DNA of 64,000 bases from Azolla caroliniana (lineage: Eukaryota; Plantae; Polypodiophyta). The position numbers and the translations under genes were made by a program. The notes under the pieces were generated by a model. That model did not search any database. It worked only from the letters and a program-made list of their open reading frames with translations, and was not told the origin of the DNA. This document shows positions 1 to 11,103 of this stretch, in pieces (within the stretch, counting starts at the first letter, position 1; every line of letters starts with the position of its first letter). The stretch lies in the NCBI GenBank assembly GCA_043228905.1, contig JBHGNT010000018.1, forward strand, positions 13,020,001-13,084,000, in the 5' to 3' direction.

Positions 1-2328
1 TTGTGTTTGATGAGTCCGCGTCCTAGTACTTGCCTCCGACTCAAGAACTCACCTCCAATCCGAGTTCTGATGATAAGGACAGCGAGGCCGAGGTGCCTCC
101 GGTTGAACCTGAAATCCGGACCCCCGAAGAGAGTCCGATTTCATTTCGGTTAAGTGGACCGAATGGACGACTGAGTCGGTACGACCAGTCCGATGAAGAG
201 CCGGCAAGTAGTGGAGACTCGGTCTTGCATTCCCCGCACAGGAAGGCGAGGAGACGGCTTACGCACAAAGAGAAAGGGAAGAAGAAGGTGTCAGATTCCG
301 GCACGGATAGGAACGAGTCAGACTGATGCAAGTCAGACTCCGAGGGAAGTGGTGACAGGTCTTCAAGATCGAGGTCCGCGTCGGCTGAGAAGACCTCGCC
401 ATCGGCTAATGACCGATTACGCCGATCTACCCGCCAGAAGAACCCAGTTATGCGGTTCGGATTCAACGAGTACATGGCGCATCACTATGCGTACATGACC
501 CGTGTAGCGGAAGTGCGTGAGCCGGACGGCTACGTAGAAGCGGCTCAAGATGCGAATTGGCGCGCCACAATGGAGGAAGAGTTGCACGCACTAGCGGAAA
601 ACGAGACCTGGGACCTGGTTGACGCATTGAAGGGTGTGAAGCCGATCAGATGTAGGTGGGTGTACAAGGTCAAGTACAACACCGACGGCTCTGTCAACCA
701 ATACAAGGCCCGGTTAGTAGCAAAAGGCTACGCGCAGAAACACGACATCGACTATGATGAGACGTTTGCGCCGGTCGCGAAGATGAAGACCATCCGTGTT
801 TTGCTCGCGGTAGCCACGGCCAAGGGGTGGCACTTACATCAGATGGATGTAAAGAATGAGTTCCTGCAAGGTGAGCTTGAGGAATAGGTGTACATGGTAC
901 AGCCCCCCGGATTTCACTCCGGAATGAACACTTCGGGAGTGTGTCGTTTGAAGAAGTCCCTTTACGGACTGAATCAAGCCCCGCGTGCTTGGAACGCGAA
1001 GATCACGCAACATTTGCGTCGGATGGGCTTTACGACATCAAAATCGGATTCCTCATTGTTCGTTCTGAAAGGTCGACTCGGGCCGGTTAGTATTTTACTC
1101 TATGTTGATGACTTGGTCATCACCGGCGCCGACCTAGGTGAAATCAACCACGTGAAGCTCTAGCTTGCAGCATCGTTCGACATGAAGGATCTGGGGGATC
1201 TTCATTACTTCCTCGGGATCGAAGTGATCCGCACCCCCGAAGGCATACTGATCAGCCAACGTCATTACACGCTGAATATGCTCTTCAAATTCGGGATGGC
1301 CGACTGGAACTCTGTCTCGACTCCTCTTGATAGAACCGTCAAGCTTCGCCCCAATTCTGAAAGGTGTGTGACCCAACGAGGTTTCGACAAATTCTCGGAA
1401 GCCTTATTTACTTGACAATCACCCGACCCGATCTTAGTTATCCGGTCGGGGTGATCAGTCAGTTTATGGCGGGACCTAGCGAGGAGCATCTTCAGTGTGC
1501 CCAACACGTACTACGGTACATAAGGATCTGCAGGTGGAGGTGTTCGATCTGACGACGATCTATTGCGAGAACCTTAACAGCATCCAGCTCACGAAGAACC
1601 CAATTTTCCACGCACGGGTCAAACACATTGAGGTGCACTACCATTTTTTCCATGAGTGTATCCTTTCTGGTGAAGTCGACCTTCAGTATGTTCCGACGGA
1701 TCGGCAGACCGCCGACATCTTCACCAAGCCTCTTGTTCTGGACAAGTTGCGACAATTCTCGGGTGCGCTTGGGTTGTGTCACCTTGACGTGCCGCACTTG
1801 AGGGGGAGAGACGTCCCAGATGACCACGACGCAAGGGAGCAAGAAAGGAGCGGAAAAGACCGTAGCGCCGAGTCGGATGACGAATTCGACTTCGGATCGG
1901 CTGAAGAAGCCGAGGGCGGATCCGCGGAAGAGTCCGAAAGCGGACATAAGGGGAGCAGCCGGAAGAAAGAGCCAAAGACAACCAAGCCTGAGGGAGATGA
2001 TGCCGTCAAGGGCGAGAAGACCAAAGACGAGTTGGAGACAGCCAACTCGGACGAGAGCAAAAACCGATCGGAGGTAGCCGAGTCGGTTCGAGTGTTTGAT
2101 TCGGATACACTGAATCAACCGAAGGCCAAGCGGAAAAGAAGACAGCAGGAGAAGCGCCAACACTGCGGCAACAAGGGAGCTGTGAAGGGTCGTACTGACC
2201 GGAAGGGTCGAAGCGCACGGAGTCGAACAGGCCGAGGAGCGCGAGCGAGGCGTGGAGCTAGGAGGAACCGGAGCGGTGATCCGGAAGATCCCGAAGAGCC
2301 TCAAGTTGAGCTTGAGGGGGAGTGTTGA
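1..2328 (+). pseudogene. Disrupted copia pol (INT tail-RT-RNase H plus charged C-terminal extension)
   Basis: ORF fragments 30-326, 450-887, 888-1163, 1182-1415, 1364-1552, 1495-2328 separated by stops/frameshifts; roughly 250 nt covering the RNase H N-terminus is missing near 1520 relative to the copy at 28975-29240. Confidence 0.9.
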
Positions 2329-2772
2329 GAGACAAGCTCAACATCGGCCGGATCAGCTGAGCAAGCCGAGGACATGATTGGTTGGGACCGATCGGTTAGG
2401 CCGAACCGGTGAGTAAAACGGATGTGTAAACGGGTACACATACCGGTGCGTAGGAAGGTTGTATCAGTGCGTAAACCGAAAGGCCATTAGAAAGATATTC
2501 CTTGTAAGGAATAGTTTTGGGAGTAAAAGTCAAGGCTCATTTATGAGCAGTCAAGTACTGTTAGTACTTGTGTCAGCCCCATTGTCAGGGCTTGTATAAA
2601 AGTGCTCACTGAGCACATCTTATGTATAGATTGAGTATTATTTTTGAATTAAGTTTTGTGCTTACTCTCTCTCTATCTCTCTCGTGCGTACTATGCAAAC
2701 CTAAGCCTTCCATTAAACCTGTGTTTTCTATTGTTCAATTTTCTATATTGCTTCCGCATGCAATTATTTTCA
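2323..2772 (+). repeat. 3' LTR of copia family A
   Basis: Starts TG directly after the PPT; TATAAAA at about 2595; similar to LTRs at 25087, 30030 and 46605-46991; the 3' end is placed by comparison. Confidence 0.85.
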
Positions 2773-3285
2773 ATTTATGTGTTAGGAGCACAAAAGGAAT
2801 GGTTGGACTTGAGCTAAATTGTTCGAATGGATGGATGTGGCTTAATTACTCCAAATGGTTTTGGACAGATCGGACGACGGGACCGGATGGAACCGGAATC
2901 GGGACGGACGGAACAACAACTGGTGACAGAACTAGAACCGACGACTGAACCGGGCCGGCCGGATGCGGACCCGGACCAGACGGATCGGATGGGCCGGATG
3001 CAATCGGACGGATCATGCACGGGCCGAACTTTACAGATGATAGGATCATGCGACCGAACTAAAGTAAAGTAAAGTAAAGCAAAGCAAAGTAAAGGTTATG
3101 TGAATGCATGCAACGAAAATCAAACTTTATGTAAAGTAAAGATCATGTGGATGCATGCAATTGAAGTCAAGATGGAAACTGGAGTTCCTTCATGCAAATG
3201 CGAGAATGGAGGAGAAAAACTATCTTTCGATGATCCATAGATCCTAATGGTCCTTAGGGGATCAAAGCCATCTTTTGGGGGAAAA

Positions 3286-3550
3286 AAACCCTAATTTTCT
3301 TATCGAAACCATAAACCCTAATTTTCCTTATGTAAGTTATCTCTCACATAAACCCTAATTTTCCTTACGGAAGCTATCTCTCAAAAACCCTAATTTTCCT
3401 TACGGAAACCATATCACCCAAAAACCTTAATTTTGCTTACAGAAGCCATATCTCTCGAAAAGACCTAATTTTTTTTCTTATGAAAGCCATATCTCATAAA
3501 TTTGAAACCTAATTGTTTCTTATCAAAGCCATATCTCACAAACCCTAAAA
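3286..3550. repeat. Degenerate tandem repeat (~35-40 bp unit, ~7 copies) containing AAACCCTAA
   Basis: Repeated aaaccctaattttccttacggaa(a/g)c(c/t)atatctc-like units read directly. Confidence 0.8.
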
Positions 3551-3921
3551 TTTTGTAATCCCAATCTTGGGATTGATTGTAATTTTTTTTCTCCTTTGCT
3601 AATGAAATTTATTAAACTTTCAGTTAATTGTTAAAAATATAAACGCACGAATCTGATATCCTCTGGTTGGAGGCCCCAGGGTCCTACCTCAAGTTCATGT
3701 ATCCTCGTTGTATTTTCGCGACACAATACTTCTCGAGTAGTCACCCCTCGAAGTCTGCCCAATTACGGCAGTTCGCTTGCACTTCGAGCACCTTCGCATG
3801 GATGCTTAACGTTACGACCAGAGGGAATCTGGACAACCGTTTGTGCTCCGGAATGATACTCATCAACATCTCGGCCATGTAGGCCTCCGGGCAGCTTGTT
3901 GGATGCTCCCTTTACCGCAGT

Positions 3922-4506
3922 CTAGTCTGTCACAAGCCCATTCATTTGGGTGTCATCTTTGAGGAGAGTCCCCAACTCTTGTTTATCCTTCATATCCACA
4001 TCATTTAGGAAGTACAAAGTCTTTTCCTCCTCTAGTAGCACTTGGTTTGTGGTGGGGAGACGAGTAAACATCGGGTCAAACTCGTCGTACACCCTTGAGG
4101 CGCTCATCTTCTTATTCTTCTTCTCTATCCACTTCATCAAGACAAGTCGAGTCATCCTCGACAAATCTTCCGTCACGAACTATGCAATTATTGCTTTCTC
4201 GAACTCGGTCCATGTTGTCTTCCCTTCTTGAAGCTCGATGACCCGTCTTTGGATGTTGTTCGCGGTAACTCTCTTAAAACTTGAGTTTTGACATGCTTTA
4301 GACATGGCCCTCTAATTCATCTCCCTTTTGTATGCATCAAGGAACTTCGTAATGTTCCTTCCATCAAATTGACCCTTGATCTCCATGACACGGGCAACAA
4401 CCTTCTCCACGCTCACATCGTTGTCCCGAGATCTCATCATTTGTTTGACAATTACCATCATCCTTTCGAACTCTCCCGCTTGATTGCTTGAGGATGTCAT
4501 CTCCAA
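3922..4506 (-). pseudogene. Retrotransposon gag remnant (probably Ty3/gypsy)
   Basis: ORFs 4312-4506 (GQFDGRNITKFLDAYKREM, gag-like N-terminal motif) and 3922-4176, starting about 40 nt downstream of a tRNA-like PBS. Confidence 0.6.
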
Positions 4507-4545
4507 GTATCGGTCGATCCTCGTCTTGATCCTTCCTACTGCTTC

Positions 4546-4563
4546 TTCACGTCGGGCTCACCA
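4546..4563 (-). other. Putative primer-binding site complementary to tRNA-Trp 3' end
   Basis: Plus strand ttcacgtcgggctcacca matches the plant cytosolic tRNA-Trp 3' end as recalled (TTCACGTCGGGTTCACCA) at 17/18; candidate LTR end (minus-strand ...CA) at 4571. Confidence 0.65.
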
Positions 4564-5886
4564 AGAAAGATGCCGAGGACATACTCGTGTGTTCGTGAAA
4601 TGAAGTGAGATTCGGTGTTTGTACTAGTTTTATTGAGAAATTATTAAAGATAGAGAGAGAGAGATTGAGAAACGGAGATTCCAATTTTGAGACAGATTGA
4701 GAAACCCTTGACTTCAATTTTTAGAAACAAGATACATCACCAATAAGATAACTACATTTTATTATTGTTTTCTTGATTCAGTACATAGCTTGCTTGATTA
4801 ATTGATTGATGATCCTTTTCTTTTTCCTCGATTCTTTTATAGATGCCCCCATGCATATGATTCATGTGAGGGTGCAAGACATGCACAATGCATGCGATGC
4901 ATGTTTGCCATTTGGCAGTCCTGCATCACATGTGATGCATGATAACCATGTCATTCATTCAAGCTCTCATGTAGGAGAATATGAAAAAGTATAATGATGA
5001 AAATACAACTTTTTAAGAAATGACTTGGCTTTGTGGTAAGTCAATTGTGGGAGAGTCGACTAGCTGAAATTGGTTAGAACGCCAAAACAAGAGTCGGTTG
5101 GCCGAAATCGACCGAAAAAGCCAAAACGAGAGTCGGGTGGCCGAAATCGGCCAGAAAGCCGAAACAAAAGTCAGTTGGCCGAAATTGATCGGAAATCTGA
5201 AATGGGATTCGGTCAAATGGTAGTCAACCAAATAGAAGGTCAGACGAATATACACAGATACATATACACATAGTCATATATATGTATATATGAGATAAGT
5301 TGGTTTATATATAGAGAGAGTCATATTAGCTGCATATGGGATAACTCACTGAGAAAAAACAGTGAGAGAAGCGCGGAAGTGAACCCTTCTTGGTTTTCTC
5401 CTTTCCAACAAAATTAATGGATGCTGGCCAGAGAAGTCCTGCCCAGCAAAATCAACAGATTCTAGTTGAAACTGTATTTGGGGCCCACGCCGCCAACCCA
5501 TTTTCGAAAAAGCTAGACACACTGACTGCCGAAGCACTCCCCGCCAAAGAAACTTCGCGGAAATGAACCGCACTCTCTCTAAATTGAGGGGAAGTTAATG
5601 TACCATTATTGTAAATTACCGTTTTACTCGAAAAAAAAAGGGAGGCATTTAGAGCTATTTAAAGCCTTGTATTTAAAACCTTTTACATGTACACATGCAA
5701 TCCAAGAAAGGCAATTAACTACTTGTTCACACGCATGAAAATGACCCGACGAAAAGAGGAACGTAGCATCTACTCTCACATTTCTCACATAGACGAACAT
5801 AGTCTTCAACATTCTCACTCTCCTTGCTCTCCTTGCTCCCATCACTCCCCTCCCCTCGCTTGCATTAGGCTCACCCTCTGCACTCA

Positions 5887-7700
5887 ATGCACAACCCACC
5901 TTTCCCCATGGCTCTTGATATTCCGCATACCCTCTGCCAGTGGTCCATCGCCCACCAGTTCGGAGGTTACATCCGCGTTGTCGACGCTCAGCCCCACCCC
6001 AACGCTCAGGACATTGGTGCCAAGATGAACATCGACACCATCACGAACGCCATGGTCTGAAAGAAGCTCGGCCTCAACTCGCTGGGGGACCGATGTTTGG
6101 AGATCCCTCCCACCGCCGTACTGGAGAAATATTTTTGCGAGTACCCAACTTCCGTTAAGGCGTACAAGATCTAGTAGGTACCAGACATTTTCTTCCGGGA
6201 TGTCGCCAAATTCATGCTGGAGGTCGCTTATGTGCACCCCAAGTCATATGGGATGCCAAAACACAACGCAGGGGTGATCATCGCCACGTATGAGGAAGCC
6301 CACATGGATTGAGGATACATTACTGGTGCGGTCTTACGGTCTGGGCTCATTGCCATATAGGTGGGGAAGAAAATGGTCCCCATCATCGCACAGTAATTCA
6401 TCGTATTGTTTCTGCCTATTTTAGCGCTTCCACGCTCCAATCCAGCCAAGCCAAGAGGTGATACAAATGCCAGTCTCTGGTCATAACAAGTGACTCGACG
6501 AACTCCACACGAGCGAATGGCAAGATGAAGAAATCGAGCGGTTGCAAAACCTCGCGCCGACTGAGCAAATTTAAATCGGCAACCGGCACCTCCATGTCCG
6601 CGGAGCGACGGATGGAAACTGGGGAACCGGACATCTAGAGGAGCGAACAGAACAGGGAGGAGCCTCCTTGAAGCCCATAACAGAAACGCCACCTGCTTGG
6701 ATCGAAAAAACGGCCAAGGCCTCACAAAGCACACAACCACACAACAGGTCATAGATGCACTAGTCGAACCATCAACAATAGTCGTGCCCGACATGATTGA
6801 ACGAACAACACTGAATGTGAAGCTGGAACAAGGGAAGGGATTCCTAATTTCTGAGAGCAAACTTCTCTCCTATAGAGAAATCTTGGCCCTCGCACATGAA
6901 TTCACGGTAATCTTAAAGTTCGGCACATCATTCGAACTCGTCGAGTTCTTGGCAATGGAGAAAGTCACCATGGCCAAGCACCAAGCCAAAGAACATGCCG
7001 AGAGACAAATGATCCAGCACTCACTGGATTCATAGAGCCGGAAGAAAAAAACTCTTTGAGCAAAATCAGGCGGAAATGGCACATCGACGGCGAGCACATG
7101 GCAATCAAATTGCCAGTACTACATATGGCCCAGGTCGAAGTTCACCAAGAGTTGTCTCAGGTGAGACATGGAGCAAAGGACATGGCTTGCAAGAATAGGC
7201 ATGCGAGGAAAACGAAAAAGGAGCACAAGTGGCAGATACAAGAGCTGCAATAAAATATGGTTGAACTACAACTCCAACTACAAAGCGCCACATACATGCC
7301 CCCCAGAAGGCTCCTCCACGGAGGATAGTCGTGCATTGCACGAGGAGGTAGAGGCACAACAACCGATAGTGATCAAGGCAAAGAAAGCAACAACCTTGGC
7401 AGAATCGGAAATCAAGCGGCTCTGGTCAGAGCTTAGACAGTCCTTGGACTGCAAAAAAGGTGTTCGGGCCACAACCCAGAAAAATGCGAAGGCTCTCCAG
7501 GACAAGCTTGATGCATTCATGATCGTGCACAACCGAACACTCGCAGCCCTGGATGAACAAAGGAGGCTACCTCTCACACCGAAAAGGCGGTAGTGGAACT
7601 TCATGAGGCGAAGTTAAAACAAAAAGAATGGTATGAAGAGTAGATGGTAGATGAAAATAAACTGGCGGAGGAAATCCAGCTCCGCATACGGAATGAAATG
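5887..7700 (+). pseudogene. Decayed accessory ORF of a gypsy-type element (copy 1), unknown function
   Basis: Manual translation aligns with 38796-36113(-): LEKYFCEYPTSVKAYK..DVAKFMLEVAYVHP..IIATYE vs LRSYFIDYSPSAKAYK..EVAKFLLEVAFVSP..IIATYD, and FGTSFELVEFLA vs FGTSFELVEWLA. Confidence 0.8.
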
Positions 7701-8239
7701 TGCATGTGTTCATACACATACTCATCCTCACACACTCATATACATTACAAATACACATCAACGACATTATCGTGTTCCATCCTTACACTACCCCATACAC
7801 TCCTACAAGTAACACATGGCACGCTTGTGGGACAACCCACTCGCCATGTAAACTCTTCTCAACCGGAACTCCATCGGTTGTCTCAACGATCGAAAATCCT
7901 TCGATCGGATTATAGCTCTAGGATCAATAACTTTGATCAGAGCTTCTCTTGACTCGAACCTTCTCGTTCGGTCAACATATCCCTCAGTTGGATTACACAC
8001 CAATCGGCTCGTCCACTGCGGCATGGGTCGTGAAATTGTGTTGCGTGTATGGTTTTTCTCTGGTTTCTTCATGTGAGTTGTGTTTTGTATCCCTTCAGGT
8101 CTTTCAAAAATTTTGTTGTTTTTTCTACTCTCAGTTTTTTCAAACAATTTATTTTCTGCCCTTGAGTTTTCGAAATTCTCGTCTTTGCCCTCAAGCTTTA
8201 AAAATTTCGATGATGCCCTTATGTTTTTGAAATTCCTCA
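7700..8239 (-). repeat. Putative 3' LTR of element C
   Basis: Minus-strand purine tract aagagaagggaggggatag followed by TGAGG at 8239; no partner LTR in the window, distal end uncertain. Confidence 0.4.
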
Positions 8240-9078
8240 CTATCCCCTCCCTTCTCTTTTCTTCCTATTTCTACTTTTTCTTTTCTTCAGTGTCGTTTTC
8301 TGGTTTCGGTCCTTCTTGCTTCTTCTCTGTGTCGAATTCGTCTTTCTTTACTGAGTCTACGTCAGACTCCGAATCTCAGCCTTCGATTGATTGATCGATC
8401 TCTCCTCTCCTTCGTTTGCATGTTTCTCTGTATGTCTTCCTTCCTTCTCTATTGTTACCTTTTGCTCTTTCTGTTTCAATTCTTCTTCTTTTTCCTTCTC
8501 TTGGCGTAGCATCTATCTTTTGTTGCATCCTTGTTTCTCCTCTCTCTCCATTTGTCTTTTCCTTCTCTCATTTGATGAGGCTTCCTCTTGTCTAGTCGAA
8601 CTTGTCTGATCGGTTGCTGGACGTCAGTTCGGCCGCTGATGTACGCAGTCGGCTCTGTCATTGTCTGTCCGCTCTCCCGGATGTAGGCCCTCGTCGTCTA
8701 TCAGGGCAGTTGCCACTATCTAACGGTCAACTTTGTTCGGGGCCGTTGATGTCTGTTGGTTGACCATTTGCTTGCCGGCTTCCAAACCGTTTGTCCGACC
8801 GATTGTTGGCTGGTTGTTCGCTCTGATCGTCTCTGTTTGTCGGTGATGTTCTGCTAGCCATCTACGTCTGTAGGTTATCTTCGTTCGTCGGCCGTCGGAC
8901 CTCTGTTTGGGGCTGTATCTAAGTCTTTTGGTCACCCTTCGGGGTCGGTTGTCCCCCCACTGTGTTGAGCAGGCAAGCTCAACTAGATTCGGATCAACTG
9001 AATAAGCCAGAGCGGAGAACCAGATCAGTGTCCGAATAGATCGGTATTCGGAACCTAGAGTCGGACTGGAGTCGAATC

Positions 9079-9737
9079 CTATTTGTTGGTTGTCCATGCT
9101 TCTTCATAATGTGTTTTCATTTGCGCCCAGATCTGAGACTCCTTCTGATGGAGTCCTTCTAGCCGGCTCATCTCATTGTTGAGGCGTATTTCGACATCTT
9201 GGGTGTTTTGTCGCTCGTGCTCGAGCTGCTTGTCATACCATACCTGCTTTTGTTGTGCCGCCTCCCTTAACATCGTGATGATTCCTTCTTTCTTGGTTCC
9301 CTCCTCATTGAGTTTTTTCAGCTCGGGCTTTGTTTGACTATGTGCGATTATTTCAGCATTGAGCTTGTCTTGAAGTGCTTTGACCGCCTTACGCCCTTTC
9401 ACTCGAATGTCCGCTTCTTTGTCCGAAGACTGGCGGAGTTCTGACCTACGGGCGTTCGATCTTAGATTCAGCCAGCTCGTTAGCCCATTTTGCCTTGGCC
9501 GTCATTACCGCTTGGGCCTCTGTCTCCTCCCGTAGAGCCTGCATTTCAACTATCAGGAAAGCGTGGACGGGAGTTGGTTGCGCCATTGGTGCGTTGTGTT
9601 TGAGCTCCGTAATTCTCCGTTGTGCTTCATTCAACTGGTGCTAGGTTACCTTTATAGTCTTCCACAAATTTTTGTTCTTGGCAGCCACATCTTTAGCGCC
9701 AATGGTAACGGTCACCAGCTCCCTATGTACCTCCACT
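9079..9737 (-). pseudogene. C-terminal coiled-coil part of the gypsy accessory ORF (copy 3)
   Basis: VEVHRELVTVTIGAKDVAAKNK / ALREETEAQ..KAKWANELAESKI / VKALQDKLNAEIIAHSQT align with copy 1 VEVHQELSQVRHGAKDMACKNR / ALHEEVEAQ..KAKKATTLAESEI / AKALQDKLDAFMIVHNRT. Confidence 0.8.
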
Positions 9738-10455
9738 AAGGCCGTGGTACTTCCATTTCTCCTACATTGATTTCTTCCATTGTCAACATTTTGACTCGTT
9801 GAGAGATCTCCATTTCTCGCTCAAACGCATCTCGTGCTTTGCTCAGATCCAGTAGTGATTCCGGATCTGGTTCGTACTCCTCGCCCTTTGGGACAACCGA
9901 CGCTACGTAATAGTCAGTCATCTCGAGGATGTCTATCTCGAACAACGGTAAGATCTGTGGGTTTTCGTCTAGGTATGCTTCTAGTTCCGTATCATCCATC
10001 CCTTCCAACATGTTGACCTCTTCCGTATATAGTGGTGTTATCGTTGTTGTGGGTGACGTCGTTTCCTTCGTCGGCACCTGGACCTTGGCTTGGCCCAATT
10101 GAAAGCTAATGCAGTTGTACTGTTAGTTCTTCTTGATTTTAGCTTAGCGTAACCATGGTCGTCCTAACAAGATAGGGTACACACCTAGAGCATCAAGAGC
10201 CAGCACAATGGTTGCAATTTCAAAGGCATGACCACCGATTACGATCCGTAACTTCCGAACCAATCCCAACGGTCTGGTGGAACGAGTATCTGCCATACGG
10301 AGCTAGAACGGGCATGCTTCCCACTCCGTAATGTCGAGGCGATTATACGTGGCTTTACTAATCCTGATCCCCCATCGATAATGCAACCGGTGATTTCTTG
10401 ACCTTGTAGCACCACCTTAATAGCCAGATTGTGATGATCAAACACAGTTGGTCTT

Positions 10456-11093
10456 TGCAGAGAATATGCGGAATAATTTTCGGCCACAACCGAGACTTAG
10501 ATCACTTAATGATAATCAAACACAATAAAAATGCAGAAATGGAAGTAAGTACACAAACAGAAGAGAATGCACAAGATGTTAACGGGGAAAACCCTAAACG
10601 AGAAAAACCACAGGGGAACTATCACTATGTAAGGAGAATACAACAGGGGAACACAGAGGCAACGACCTCGTACTCACAATCTTCGCCTGGTGGCAGTTAC
10701 AACAGAGATTCACTCTCTCTCTCACTCACTCTCTCTCTCTCTCTCTTTCCCTCGTTTACGTTCTGTACAATTGTTACACCAATAACTCTATACAATAAAA
10801 TAATGACTACAACCAAGAGTTTGCCCTAGCTCATATTTATATTAATATGACTTTTGGGCTATTTACAAATATAGCTCCAGTGGGCTCTCTGGAACATATT
10901 TACATATATGTCTTTTCATCCTGTGAGAGGTTCTCACCGGGCCTGCAACATCCGGTTCTCACCGGGTCTTCCTTGCCAGGTACTCATCATCCGGTTCTCA
11001 CTGGGTCTGCATCATCCGATTCTCACCAGGCCTTCATCATCCAGTTCTCACTAGGCCTTCATCATCCCATCCGGAGGGACCGAGATCCTCACA
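10456..11093 (-). repeat. 3' LTR of copia B
   Basis: Direct repeat of 15157-15685 with indels; adjoins PPT agtgaaaagggagtt. Confidence 0.93.
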
Positions 11094-11103
11094 AACTCCC
11101 TTT

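Larger units (their letters stand above)
1..2772 (+). mobile_element. Ty1/copia LTR retrotransposon, family A, 3' portion (5' part lies outside the window)
   Basis: Integrase tail, RT (WHLHQMDVKN, LYVDDLVI), RNase H (KHIEVHYHF), PPT gagcttgagggggag ending 2322, then LTR TGTTGAGAGAC...TTTTCA; highly similar to the copy at 25087-30426. Confidence 0.93.

Noticed and set aside
1492-2304. 270-aa antisense ORF (also 29503-30051) as a separate gene
   Set aside because: Mirror of the purine-rich pol tail; no recognisable motifs and frames differ between copies.
3286-3550. Interstitial telomere
   Set aside because: AAACCCTA occurs once per longer unit, not as a (TTTAGGG)n tract.
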